A stretch of 34,836 nucleotides of DNA from an uncultured virus (IMG/VR IMGVR_UViG_3300036715_000865) (IMGVR_UViG_3300036715_000865); one strand, 5' to 3'. Positions 24,033 to 33,612 are shown, counted from the first letter of the stretch. Notes: generated from the sequence alone by a model not told the origin. A program made the numbers and translations.

Positions 24033-26609
24033 ATGTGTTGCGGAGGAAATTGTACAGGAAATTGCGGAAATAGTAACGTTGGAAATTTTACTTATGTAAG
24101 ATATGCAACAAATGCTCAAGGAAGCAATATGTCGAAATATATCGACAAAAACAACAATGGGGATATTGACGGATTAACCAGATGTTATCAATCAATATTT
24201 GTATCACCAATTCAATTAGATGAGAATAGCTTATTGTTCCCGACTCACTTTACGGAATGGAGTTATGGATGCTCAGAAGATTGTGGTTGTGGAGGTTGTG
24301 AATGGTTCGATTACCATAGACACAGAGCAGGAAATTCTTGGTCATATGATGCAGGATTTGCTTTATTAGGTGATAATAATACCTACGAGAATGTAGCTGA
24401 AGCTGTTAATATGTATAATGGAGATGTTATAACTATTCCATTTTTATCGGACTCTGATGGTAATTTACTACAAAGTGGAACCAACTATTGTTTCGAAATG
24501 AGATTCGACCCAACATTATTCACTAGTTCTGATTCCTCAGTGGAAGTAAGATTTGGAAATGGGACAGGTTCAACATTGATTTCATACGATATAAATTCTA
24601 TTATAGGATTAGTCAAGATGACCGTAACTCCGATATCAGGAATATTGTCTGCTCACAATATGATAATCACATTAGTGAATAACACTTCTGCACCTGGGAC
24701 TGAAATAATAGATTTCAAGATATTCAATTTCAGATTAGCACCCGAAAGTTGTTGTCAAGAAGGAGATTGCGGCTGTAATTGCAATATAAACATGATTCCT
24801 TTAGAATTAATTCTAGGTGAAGAAATAAATTTTGTTCATACTGATTATGGGTCAGAAATTGATATAATAGAGCCAAGTTCAACTGAGATAACTAGAGGTG
24901 TTTCTCAGAGTATATACAATACTGCAATAGAATTAGGATACCAAACAGGTTCGCCATATAATACAGAATGGAACTCTTCTTTTACTGACCTGACTAATAA
25001 TGGGTTTAGCAACTTGTTTGATATAAAAACAAGAGTTTATTCTGACTTTGTCACTGCATTAGATAACGCAGTGGGAACTAATGTAGTTGGTGCTGAATTG
25101 ATAATGCATGATTTGTCTACTGATAAATATTACAAGTTCTTGTTTTCAGCTTGGACTCAAGGTGCTAATGGAGGTGGGTTTGCTTATACTAGACAAGAGG
25201 TTGATGTTACAGAACCTTGCAAGATAACATTTTCGGATGGTACTGTCCAATCTACAGCAGCAGGAAAAGTTGTTGCTGGAACTAACATTACTGTAGATGA
25301 GACAATAATCGGAGGAGAAAGAACTTTCACAATAAATGCAACAGGTGGCGAGGTCAATTATTCTAATGTGATATTCATTGATCATATTTATGGGAACAAT
25401 GCAACAGGTGCAGTAGGAGATTTCACAAAGCCATTTGCTAGTTTGTATAATGCTATAGCTTTAGCTAATTCAATGTCTCCATCGTCTTACAATAAAATAT
25501 TGATTTATATTAGAAGAGGAACATACAACACTAATGTTTACCTTTCTAATTTTGTTGATTATTACTGCGAGCCTGGTGTTGTTTTTGATGGAACTTGTAT
25601 AGTTCAAGATATATATGGCGATTGTATAAGTAATTTTTATGGATATGCAGTTTTCCTGAACTCTTATCTGAACGTGTTGCAATTAAATAATACATCTACT
25701 GTCACATTTGAGTTTGATTACATAGCCACAAATGGTAGAGCATTTGGATTGATTTCTAATGCAGGCAAGACAGTTACAGCTAACATAAAGGGGAACTTTA
25801 TTTATTGTACCACACTCGGAACAGGACATGGACTTACGATACGTAATAATGTTAATGCTATTATAAATATTTCAAGAGGAATTGAAGCAGTTCATTCGAC
25901 TATTGAGTTTAGAAATCATACTGGAAATGTAGAAATAAATTGCCCTAAAATATATATAGGAGTGGGTAATATTTATGGGGGCAATTTTAAACAAGCAATA
26001 GTTGTTTATGGTGCATCGAATACTTCATTCATCAAAGTAAATGCAGATTTAGAGAACAAGGATGTTTCTCCTATTGGCTCAAATACAGGACTTTTAGTAA
26101 TGTGGGGAGGCACATCAGGAACGTTTGAATTAAATGGAAATATTGTTGCGGGTAACATACTAGCTATACATTCAAATAATGTCGCAAATAATGGGACAGT
26201 GACTGTGAATGGTAATACATCTTCAACTTTTGATTATGGGATTTGGATTTATGGAGGAACAATGAACTTTATTTTAAATGGAGGAAAACATTTAATTAAT
26301 GGTTTAACAGGACTAGCAGTTGTTTCTACAAATGGTTCATCAACAGCGTATTTGAATGGATGTGCTTTTTATAATTCCACTTTAGATAAGGATATTTTGA
26401 TTATAAATGGTTTGGCTTCATCTATTGTGGTTAATAATTGCACAGGAGTTTCAGAGGGGGTATCTGGATATGCTGTGAAAGCAGGTGCCGTAGGATTAAT
26501 TTATATACATTCTAGTAGATTCAACAAGCCTTTAGACCCATCTTTAACTGATAGCTACACCCCTTCTGGTTTATTGGTAGATATATTAACAAAAGTACCT
26601 AAATTTTAA
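24033..26609 (+). CDS. Large fibre/spike protein with probable beta-helix C-terminal domain
   Basis: FTYVRYA module, ITFSDGTVQSTA, VAGTNITV, then IFID..YGNN..G......PF and G/N/I-rich beta-helix-like repeats. Confidence 0.7.
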   Translation: MCCGGNCTGNCGNSNVGNFTYVRYATNAQGSNMSKYIDKNNNGDIDGLTRCYQSIFVSPIQLDENSLLFPTHFTEWSYGCSEDCGCGGCEWFDYHRHRAGNSWSYDAGFALLGDNNTYENVAEAVNMYNGDVITIPFLSDSDGNLLQSGTNYCFEMRFDPTLFTSSDSSVEVRFGNGTGSTLISYDINSIIGLVKMTVTPISGILSAHNMIITLVNNTSAPGTEIIDFKIFNFRLAPESCCQEGDCGCNCNINMIPLELILGEEINFVHTDYGSEIDIIEPSSTEITRGVSQSIYNTAIELGYQTGSPYNTEWNSSFTDLTNNGFSNLFDIKTRVYSDFVTALDNAVGTNVVGAELIMHDLSTDKYYKFLFSAWTQGANGGGFAYTRQEVDVTEPCKITFSDGTVQSTAAGKVVAGTNITVDETIIGGERTFTINATGGEVNYSNVIFIDHIYGNNATGAVGDFTKPFASLYNAIALANSMSPSSYNKILIYIRRGTYNTNVYLSNFVDYYCEPGVVFDGTCIVQDIYGDCISNFYGYAVFLNSYLNVLQLNNTSTVTFEFDYIATNGRAFGLISNAGKTVTANIKGNFIYCTTLGTGHGLTIRNNVNAIINISRGIEAVHSTIEFRNHTGNVEINCPKIYIGVGNIYGGNFKQAIVVYGASNTSFIKVNADLENKDVSPIGSNTGLLVMWGGTSGTFELNGNIVAGNILAIHSNNVANNGTVTVNGNTSSTFDYGIWIYGGTMNFILNGGKHLINGLTGLAVVSTNGSSTAYLNGCAFYNSTLDKDILIINGLASSIVVNNCTGVSEGVSGYAVKAGAVGLIYIHSSRFNKPLDPSLTDSYTPSGLLVDILTKVPKF

Positions 26610-26613
26610 AAAT

Positions 26614-26967
26614 ATGAGCATTTTAATCATCTCAGGGAGTAATTTACCAGAAGAAACAAATGTTGTTATGGGTGATATGTTAGATTCTAATGGCAAGAAT
26701 GTTAGCATAAATATTGATATAACGACTATAAGTGAAGACGCAAAAGTAGTGTACAATAAATTCTTTGAATTAGTTGGCAATAGTTCAAAGATAGAAATAT
26801 CTAATTCTCCATACAATTATAATGGGAATCATGTTAGACCTATTTTGATAGAAAATAACATGATTGAAATAGACTATTCTGTTTTAAATCAAGATGATAA
26901 GGATGTTATTGATAATGCTTTTGTCATGTTAGCATCAATCAAAGAAGATTCAGGTATTATTTCTTAA
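26614..26967 (+). CDS. Hypothetical protein, possible fibre chaperone
   Basis: Acidic 117-aa ORF right after the spike gene. Confidence 0.55.
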   Translation: MSILIISGSNLPEETNVVMGDMLDSNGKNVSINIDITTISEDAKVVYNKFFELVGNSSKIEISNSPYNYNGNHVRPILIENNMIEIDYSVLNQDDKDVIDNAFVMLASIKEDSGIIS

Positions 26968-26985
26968 ATTTTAAGGAATAAAAGG

Positions 26986-27402
26986 ATGCAAGTAAAATTT
27001 AACTCTGATTTAATATGGGCTTTAAGTGGCATAACCAGCTTACTTATTTTAGTCGCTAGTTTTTTTATAAAAATTTGGATGAAATCGGTTAAGGATGAGA
27101 CAGATGTGTTGAAAGTCGAATTGAAAGACCATAAGGATGAAATAAGACAAATAGAATTGAAAAATCAAGAAGAAATTTCACGCATAAATCACGAAATCGG
27201 AAAACGTAAAGGTGAGATTGATTTGCTAAAAAAGGATGTTGAAAAACTTGCTTCTGATAGTCTCAATAATTTTGAAAATTTAAAATTGCATCTCAATTAT
27301 CAAAAAACTTCATTAGAAGAGATAAAGAAAGATGCAAAAGAAAGGAAAATGGACATGGATTCCAATTTTAAAACTTTAATAGAGTTAATCAGTAAAAAAT
27401 AG
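26986..27402 (+). CDS. Membrane-anchored coiled-coil protein (holin/antiholin-like)
   Basis: One N-terminal TM helix plus coiled coil; first gene of the lysis cluster. Confidence 0.55.
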   Translation: MQVKFNSDLIWALSGITSLLILVASFFIKIWMKSVKDETDVLKVELKDHKDEIRQIELKNQEEISRINHEIGKRKGEIDLLKKDVEKLASDSLNNFENLKLHLNYQKTSLEEIKKDAKERKMDMDSNFKTLIELISKK

Positions 27403-27405
27403 AAC

Positions 27406-27645
27406 ATGGTAAAGATAATCCTAAACTTCTTGAAAAAAAGAACTAAAAGTTGGAAGACTACACTAGTAGGTGTGGTTATCCTAGTTGTCGTAGGGCACTT
27501 GATTTACACAGGAAAGACTACAATAACAGAAAGTACTACTATTGCGATGGTAGGATTATCGTTATTATTTAGCGATGATACATTATTTATTAAAAACTTC
27601 TTGCCTGGTAAAAAGAAGGAAGAGGACAAACAAAACGAGGAATAA
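27406..27645 (+). CDS. Putative holin
   Basis: SWKTTLVG, two hydrophobic segments and a charged C-tail; directly upstream of the endolysin. Confidence 0.7.
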   Translation: MVKIILNFLKKRTKSWKTTLVGVVILVVVGHLIYTGKTTITESTTIAMVGLSLLFSDDTLFIKNFLPGKKKEEDKQNEE

Positions 27646-28163
27646 TGAGTTACGATTTTTTAAAACTAGAGAAATCACCTAAGATTCTGGTTGAAGCTGT
27701 AAAATTGCTTGGAACTAAGGAAATTGTAGGGAAAGAGCATAACCCAGTGATACTTGGTTGGGCTGAAGAATTAGGTCTGAAGAAGGTTTATACCAATGAT
27801 GAAATTCCTTGGTGTGGATTAGCAGTAGCATATGCTGTGCATAAAGCAGGTTTACAAGTGGTTGCAAGTCCATTATGGGCTTTGAGTTGGGCTAAGTTCG
27901 GAAACCAAGTGACTGAACCTATGTTAGGTGACATTTTGACCTTCAAAAGAGATGGAGGAGGACATGTCGGAATTTACGTTGGAGAAGATAAAGATTGTTA
28001 TCACGTACTTGGTGGAAATCAAGGAAATGCTATGACAGTAAGTAGAATAGTTAAGTCAAGACTTTATCAAGCCAGAAGAACAGCTTGGAAAGTGGCACAA
28101 CCTGCTAATGTAAGAAAGATACTTTTGAGCTCAACAGGAGTCATAAGTAAAAACGAAGCATAA
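27645..28163 (+). CDS. Endolysin, TIGR02594-family (NlpC/P60/CHAP-like) peptidoglycan hydrolase
   Basis: G.KE..G..HNP.I, DEIPWC, A.SW..FG, GGHVG, VLGGNQ. Confidence 0.88.
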   Translation: MSYDFLKLEKSPKILVEAVKLLGTKEIVGKEHNPVILGWAEELGLKKVYTNDEIPWCGLAVAYAVHKAGLQVVASPLWALSWAKFGNQVTEPMLGDILTFKRDGGGHVGIYVGEDKDCYHVLGGNQGNAMTVSRIVKSRLYQARRTAWKVAQPANVRKILLSSTGVISKNEA

Positions 28164-28164
28164 T

Positions 28165-28896
28165 ATGAACAAGTTTCTAAAAAAACTGCCTGTACGGAAT
28201 ATTCTTATAATCCTGCAGGCAGTAGTTATATTTATACTCTTCTTCAAGGGTAATGATATGATTTCGATTGAAGAGCACGAACTAAAAGTTGCTCAATATT
28301 TAAAGGGTCAGCAAGACTTTAAATCAACAATAAACAAGCAAGGACAAGAATTAGTATCTCAGAAACAAGTCTTGATAAATAAGGATAAAGATTTACAGAA
28401 GTTGTTATTAGAAAATTCAGAATTGAGAAGATTGAATTCTCAAATTAAATTTGAATCTACAACTACAATAACTAAAATACAAGCCTTATATAAAGATGTT
28501 AAATATTTGACTGAGAAAATAAAACAAATATCTATACTGCCTAATGGAGATACGGTTTATATCGAAAGGACAGACACAATAGGTATACCATTCGGAACTA
28601 AGTTCAATAAGTCTGATAAGTGGTTCGAGTTCTCAGGGTCAGTGGAAAAGCAAGGGATACAGATGGATTCTTTATCAATTTATAATTCTTATGTGATAAC
28701 CGTTGGAACCAAGCGTAAATCTTTGTTTAAGCCTATGGAAACTTATGTCGAATTATTCAATGAGAATCCGTACACCAGAACCACTTCTATGAATAATATA
28801 AAAGTCATAGATAAGAAAAAATGGTATCAGAAAAGCATAGTTAAATTCGGTGGCGGTTTCATTCTAGGGGCAGCAACAATGTTTTTAATAAAATGA
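28165..28896 (+). CDS. Spanin-like membrane protein
   Basis: N-terminal TM, coiled coil, KKWY and a C-terminal hydrophobic helix; follows the endolysin. Confidence 0.55.
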   Translation: MNKFLKKLPVRNILIILQAVVIFILFFKGNDMISIEEHELKVAQYLKGQQDFKSTINKQGQELVSQKQVLINKDKDLQKLLLENSELRRLNSQIKFESTTTITKIQALYKDVKYLTEKIKQISILPNGDTVYIERTDTIGIPFGTKFNKSDKWFEFSGSVEKQGIQMDSLSIYNSYVITVGTKRKSLFKPMETYVELFNENPYTRTTSMNNIKVIDKKKWYQKSIVKFGGGFILGAATMFLIK

Positions 28897-29117
28897 TTTT
28901 AAATAGTCGAGAAAATATAGAAAAGGCTCAAAAGAATGTTGAGTTGTTTAACGCTAAATTCGTTTCTAAGTATATTAACGAAACTAACAATAGACACGTC
29001 AAAGAAGAAAATGAGCCTTTGCTAGATGATTTCATATATTCATTTCATTCTAAATACGCTAAAGATGTTGTTGGGAAGACAATGACTGAATTAGTCAAAT
29101 TCTTAAAGGATAAATGA
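28893..29117 (+). CDS. Hypothetical protein
   Basis: 74-aa ORF with IEKA near the N-terminus; directly precedes the MuF-like gene. Confidence 0.6.
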   Translation: MILNSRENIEKAQKNVELFNAKFVSKYINETNNRHVKEENEPLLDDFIYSFHSKYAKDVVGKTMTELVKFLKDK

Positions 29118-29118
29118 T

Positions 29119-30021
29119 ATGTTTACATTAGAGCAAATATGGCAGATGATAGACATAATAAAGAGAAATCAATCTGTATTTATCGGCAGTCAATTAGGAC
29201 TAGAATATTTGTCTCCAACAGACATTGATACATTGAAGGATTTCGGAATTGACCCTGACGATTTTGAAGACGTTCTATCTGAGATTGACAAATCTTATTA
29301 TTTTGGAATGATGGCTCAATCTTTAGGAGGATACAAGTCGTACAAAGTGAATAATAAAATATTTGATAAATGGTTTTCTAGCAAATTAAAACAACCTAAG
29401 AGTACTTCTCAGAACGCAGGATTAGACCATTTAAAGAACAGAGCATTTATAGATTTGTCAGGACTAGGCAATAAGGTTGCTAATAATTTTTCCAATACTA
29501 TTTTAATGGCTAATCAAAAACAAAGATTAGAAATAGCTGATAAAGTAAAGGAACAGTCCATCAAGGCTTTCAAGGACAGAAAGAGTCAACAATGGCTATC
29601 ATCTGAATTGAAAAGAATAACAGAGGACTGGGCAAGAGATTTTTCTCGAATATCGAATTACATATTACAAGAAGCATATGGATTCGGCAGAGCACAACAA
29701 ATCCTAGAAGACTATGGTGATGACGCTGAGGTCTATAAACAGACATTTCCTGGGGTTTGTAAGCACTGTTTAAAGAATTATGGAGTTCCAGGACAAAAAC
29801 CTATTGTTTATAAACTGAAGGACTTGATATCCAATGGGAATAATATAGGTAAAAAAGACCAAGAGCCAGTCGTTGGTCCAGCTCATCCTTGGGCTAGAAG
29901 TATTCTACATGTAGTCCCAGAAAATAGCGAATGGGATGACAATACTAAGAGATTTGTTATTAAACGAAATACTCAAGGGGTCAAAAGAACGTCCAAAGTT
30001 AAAGTAACTATAACACCGTAA
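29119..30021 (+). CDS. MuF-like / SPP1 gp7-like minor head protein
   Basis: Helical body, DWARDFSRI, CKHC and GPAHPWAR (variant of P.HP.CR). Confidence 0.7.
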   Translation: MFTLEQIWQMIDIIKRNQSVFIGSQLGLEYLSPTDIDTLKDFGIDPDDFEDVLSEIDKSYYFGMMAQSLGGYKSYKVNNKIFDKWFSSKLKQPKSTSQNAGLDHLKNRAFIDLSGLGNKVANNFSNTILMANQKQRLEIADKVKEQSIKAFKDRKSQQWLSSELKRITEDWARDFSRISNYILQEAYGFGRAQQILEDYGDDAEVYKQTFPGVCKHCLKNYGVPGQKPIVYKLKDLISNGNNIGKKDQEPVVGPAHPWARSILHVVPENSEWDDNTKRFVIKRNTQGVKRTSKVKVTITP

Positions 30022-30030
30022 TTTTTTAAT

Positions 30031-30717
30031 ATGGCTAAGATTAAGAAGCAGAATTTGCTTTTGATTCAGCCCCACTCAGATGATATCATTTTTAGTGCGG
30101 CTAATTTTTTAAAAGACAGACATAAGTATAATGAAGTAATTATGCTAACTGTAGAACACAACGAAAAAAGATTTGAAGAAGACAGACTTTTGTGTGAAAC
30201 GTTCGATATGACTTTAATGACATTAAGAACGAAAGTCAGTTCAGAGAATTTTCATAAAGAATATTATTCTGATAAGAAGTTGTTATCTGATGATTCTGCT
30301 ATGTCTTTCTGTTTAATGAAAATAGGAGAAAATAAGATGTTAAAACTAGCTTCTGAACTAGATGGTATTTTAGAAACACTTTCAGGAGATGGTTACCTTA
30401 TAGTAACTTGTTTAGGAGTGGGTCACCCATTTCATTGGTTAGTTAGAATGTTTACTGAAAGACACTCAGACTTGTTTTACAGAGATTTTCCTCATTCTTA
30501 CAAGAAAAGAAACAAAGAGTATTTCGTGGGACTTACTAATTCGGACTTCAAATTAAAAGAGAGTCATGAAATTGTAGGATTGATTGATGAAGATGGGGCA
30601 AATAAATTCCAATTCGTGAAAGACTTCTATAAATCTCAGAGTTCACTTTTGTTCTTCGAGCAAGGTTATATTAAAAAGATGTTACCAGAAGAATATTATG
30701 AAAAAACTAAAAATTAG
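30031..30717 (+). CDS. PIG-L/LmbE-family N-acetyl-sugar deacetylase
   Basis: LLIQPHSDD metal motif, GVGHPFH, FYRDFPH, YKSQ. Confidence 0.8.
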   Translation: MAKIKKQNLLLIQPHSDDIIFSAANFLKDRHKYNEVIMLTVEHNEKRFEEDRLLCETFDMTLMTLRTKVSSENFHKEYYSDKKLLSDDSAMSFCLMKIGENKMLKLASELDGILETLSGDGYLIVTCLGVGHPFHWLVRMFTERHSDLFYRDFPHSYKKRNKEYFVGLTNSDFKLKESHEIVGLIDEDGANKFQFVKDFYKSQSSLLFFEQGYIKKMLPEEYYEKTKN

Positions 30718-32128
30718 AATTTGCACATTTGACGTTGCTAAATATGGAGGCATAGTTCAAAATGTGGAAGGTCGTGTAAAGGCTTTTAAAGAGATGGGTC
30801 ACGATGTCGACATCATATTTTTAACCTATAATAAATCCATTTCTGTTGACTTATATCATCGTAGAATAAAAGAATTTGAAGATGGTGTATTCCAAGCGAA
30901 ACAAAGCAATAAGAGCCAACACGGAGGTTTTGAGAAATCAGAAGTAACTGGGTATTGGAAAAATTCTTATTATGGTTGGTTCTTGCCTCCTTACACAAAT
31001 CGCATTCCTGTATTTGCAGAAAATGCAATAGATTTATGGCACGAAGCTGTTATGGATGCAGATTTGTTATTTTGGAGTTTCATGCCCACAAAAACCAAAG
31101 AAGCCAAAGGATTTAGCGATTGGCCAAAATTCTTTGATTTACCTAATAGAATAAAGCAAGTATTTGCAGTTCATGACGGCTATTATGATGTAAGGACAAG
31201 TTGGGTCAGATACCTTGCTCCTAAAATAACGTATCTGGATTGTGTTCATACCTCAGCATATAATTGCTGTGAAAATATAGGCATTCCTAGACATTTGAAT
31301 TTTGCATCTAGGTATATTCCAGAAAAGTTGCCTTATAAATCTATGTCTGAAAGACCAATAGACTTCTTTGCTGCACATGTATTTAAGTCTATGAAAAAGA
31401 TGGAAGATATATTAGCTATGACACCCCATTTGAAGAAAGGAACTACTGTACTTACAGCAGGTTCTGGAATAGAACTTTACTATATGATGGCAGATGCTGA
31501 AGGAGGAAAACAGAAGCCTAGATACATGACCAGTAAAAAGACTGACCCCGATTGTCTGGATGAGGAAATTGGAATGAGTCTTTGGGAAAGAGCAGAAAAA
31601 TACGGATTAGAACATCAAGGATTTATGTCTAGTTCTGATGTGTATTTCATTCAACAAAACGCTAAATTCTGTATTGACCCTTCATTCAGTAAGCATTATG
31701 CACAATACTCGAATACTCACCTTAACGGATTTACCATAGAAGCAATAATAAATGGTTCTTATCCAGTTTTAAGAGATACGAGAGGACTTGTAAAGCAGAA
31801 TAGAGAAATAGATGATATAATATATGACGAGTTAAGAGCAATTTTTATACCTTGGAATGCCACCCCAAAGGAATTTGCTAAGGCATTAGAAAAGGCTAAG
31901 AAAATGTCTGACGAGCAATACAAGAAAGATGTTAAGCATAATTTCAAATTAGCACAAATGCTATTTGACCCTATAAATAATATGCAAGATGTTATAGATA
32001 TTGCCTTCTCTAAGAATAGATTGAGACAACTTGAAGTAGGAACTGATTCAATAAAAGTATTGAAAGATTCTGAAGATGTTATGACAAAATTCTTTAACGT
32101 AGATTTACCGATAGAATGGTCTGAATAA
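30698..32128 (+). CDS. GT-B fold glycosyltransferase
   Basis: N-terminal YGGIVQNV...GHDVD, FAVHDG, KSMK, C-terminal CIDPSF...GFTIEAIINGSYPV. Confidence 0.75.
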   Translation: MKKLKIRICTFDVAKYGGIVQNVEGRVKAFKEMGHDVDIIFLTYNKSISVDLYHRRIKEFEDGVFQAKQSNKSQHGGFEKSEVTGYWKNSYYGWFLPPYTNRIPVFAENAIDLWHEAVMDADLLFWSFMPTKTKEAKGFSDWPKFFDLPNRIKQVFAVHDGYYDVRTSWVRYLAPKITYLDCVHTSAYNCCENIGIPRHLNFASRYIPEKLPYKSMSERPIDFFAAHVFKSMKKMEDILAMTPHLKKGTTVLTAGSGIELYYMMADAEGGKQKPRYMTSKKTDPDCLDEEIGMSLWERAEKYGLEHQGFMSSSDVYFIQQNAKFCIDPSFSKHYAQYSNTHLNGFTIEAIINGSYPVLRDTRGLVKQNREIDDIIYDELRAIFIPWNATPKEFAKALEKAKKMSDEQYKKDVKHNFKLAQMLFDPINNMQDVIDIAFSKNRLRQLEVGTDSIKVLKDSEDVMTKFFNVDLPIEWSE

Positions 32129-32138
32129 ACAGCTATAA
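32128..32138 (+). promoter_or_regulatory. Putative late-promoter motif AACAGCTATAA
   Basis: TAAACAGCTAT is identical to 19032-19042; precedes cargo-like gene 32173. Confidence 0.45.
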
Positions 32139-32172
32139 ACTATTCATTAAGATAGAAATTAAATATATCAGT

Positions 32173-33612
32173 ATGGACAATAATATTGAAAAAGCAGTGC
32201 AAGTCGGTCAGACAAAGGTAGGTAAAGACGGAATCACTAGAGTTTGGACACAACTTGCTAGTGGGAAGTTTGACTGGCGAAAAACAAAAGGAACTTCTAA
32301 TAAGAAGGATTCTGGGGATGACAAAGCAGATTCTGGAGATGAAACTCCAGCCACAAAAACTGCAAAACTTATGTCTATGGCTAAGAAAGCAGATGATGCG
32401 AATCTTATCAAGTATGCCACAAATCCAAATAATGACCCAACTTTAAGACAAGTATCGTATGATGAACTTGTTGAGAGAGGAGTAGATGTTTCAGAAATAA
32501 ATCTGAACACAGGCAAGATGAAACAAGCTAAAGAGATGTTTGGCGATGGTAATGGAAAAAAGCCTGTTGCTGCTCCAACTCATAGTTCTGATTCAGATGA
32601 CGAAGATGAAACAAAAGATTGGCAAAATATTACCGAAATAAAGAAGAAATTTAACGGTGCTAAGACTAAAAAGGATAGAATAGAAATGGATGATTATGTC
32701 CATAATCTAAAGATTCAAGACCCAGATTATCAAGCACCAGAAAAAGAAGTAACTGTATTGAATAAGACTTATGCTCAATTTTTAAAGGGAGGAACACCTT
32801 TGATGATTGCTTCTGGAGGTGCGGGTGTAGGTAAGTCTTATAATTTCCACGCAGTAGCTAAGTATATGGGCAAGAAACCATTTGACCCTAATACAGACCA
32901 ACCTGGAGAAGGGGATTATGATTATTTTGAAGCACCTGAGGTGGATTCAGTTCCTCAGTTTGCAAAATTACTACAAGAACACAATGGCAAGACTATCGTG
33001 TTTGATGATTCTGATATGGTTATTAAGAACTCAGAAATCAGAGGTCTGTTCAAGAAAGCAACTGCATCTTCTGGTAAAAGAATCGTAGGAAAGAAGAGTA
33101 CAAATAAAGCATCCAATGTAGACCCATTTGAGTTTACTGGTCAAATACTTCTGATTACGAATATGAATCAGGACGACTTCACCAAAGATGAGCACATGAA
33201 TGCAATCTATTCGAGAGCCATCAAAAAAGATATTCAATTCACTAAGAGAGAAAAATTGCTGTTTATTGACAAATTGAAGTATCAGATGAATTTCACTGGG
33301 TTGGAGCGTTTAGATGATAAACAAGCTGACATAAAGGAACGAGATGAAGTATACAAAATCTTAGAAGACAATGTGGATAAAATTGACCCATTGAAATTCA
33401 ACTCCAGAACTTTCAAGGAAGCTATCGAAACAAAAAGAAGTATCGACAATGCTAATAAGATGATTCAAGATGACCCTGTTATGGGCAAGATGCTTTTTGG
33501 AGATGAAGAGAATTGGGAAAAAGAAGTAGAGAAATTCATCATCAAAGGAATAAAGCCAGAGATAGGAATGACTTTAGAAAAGGCATATGAAATACTTGAA
33601 TTAAGTAAGTAA
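32173..33612 (+). CDS. Cargo-leader-bearing AAA+-type ATPase
   Basis: IEKA + GQTKVGKDGITRVWTQLASGKFDWRK leader; GGAGVGKS, IVFDDSD, FEFTGQILLITN, AIYSRA. Confidence 0.8.
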   Translation: MDNNIEKAVQVGQTKVGKDGITRVWTQLASGKFDWRKTKGTSNKKDSGDDKADSGDETPATKTAKLMSMAKKADDANLIKYATNPNNDPTLRQVSYDELVERGVDVSEINLNTGKMKQAKEMFGDGNGKKPVAAPTHSSDSDDEDETKDWQNITEIKKKFNGAKTKKDRIEMDDYVHNLKIQDPDYQAPEKEVTVLNKTYAQFLKGGTPLMIASGGAGVGKSYNFHAVAKYMGKKPFDPNTDQPGEGDYDYFEAPEVDSVPQFAKLLQEHNGKTIVFDDSDMVIKNSEIRGLFKKATASSGKRIVGKKSTNKASNVDPFEFTGQILLITNMNQDDFTKDEHMNAIYSRAIKKDIQFTKREKLLFIDKLKYQMNFTGLERLDDKQADIKERDEVYKILEDNVDKIDPLKFNSRTFKEAIETKRSIDNANKMIQDDPVMGKMLFGDEENWEKEVEKFIIKGIKPEIGMTLEKAYEILELSK

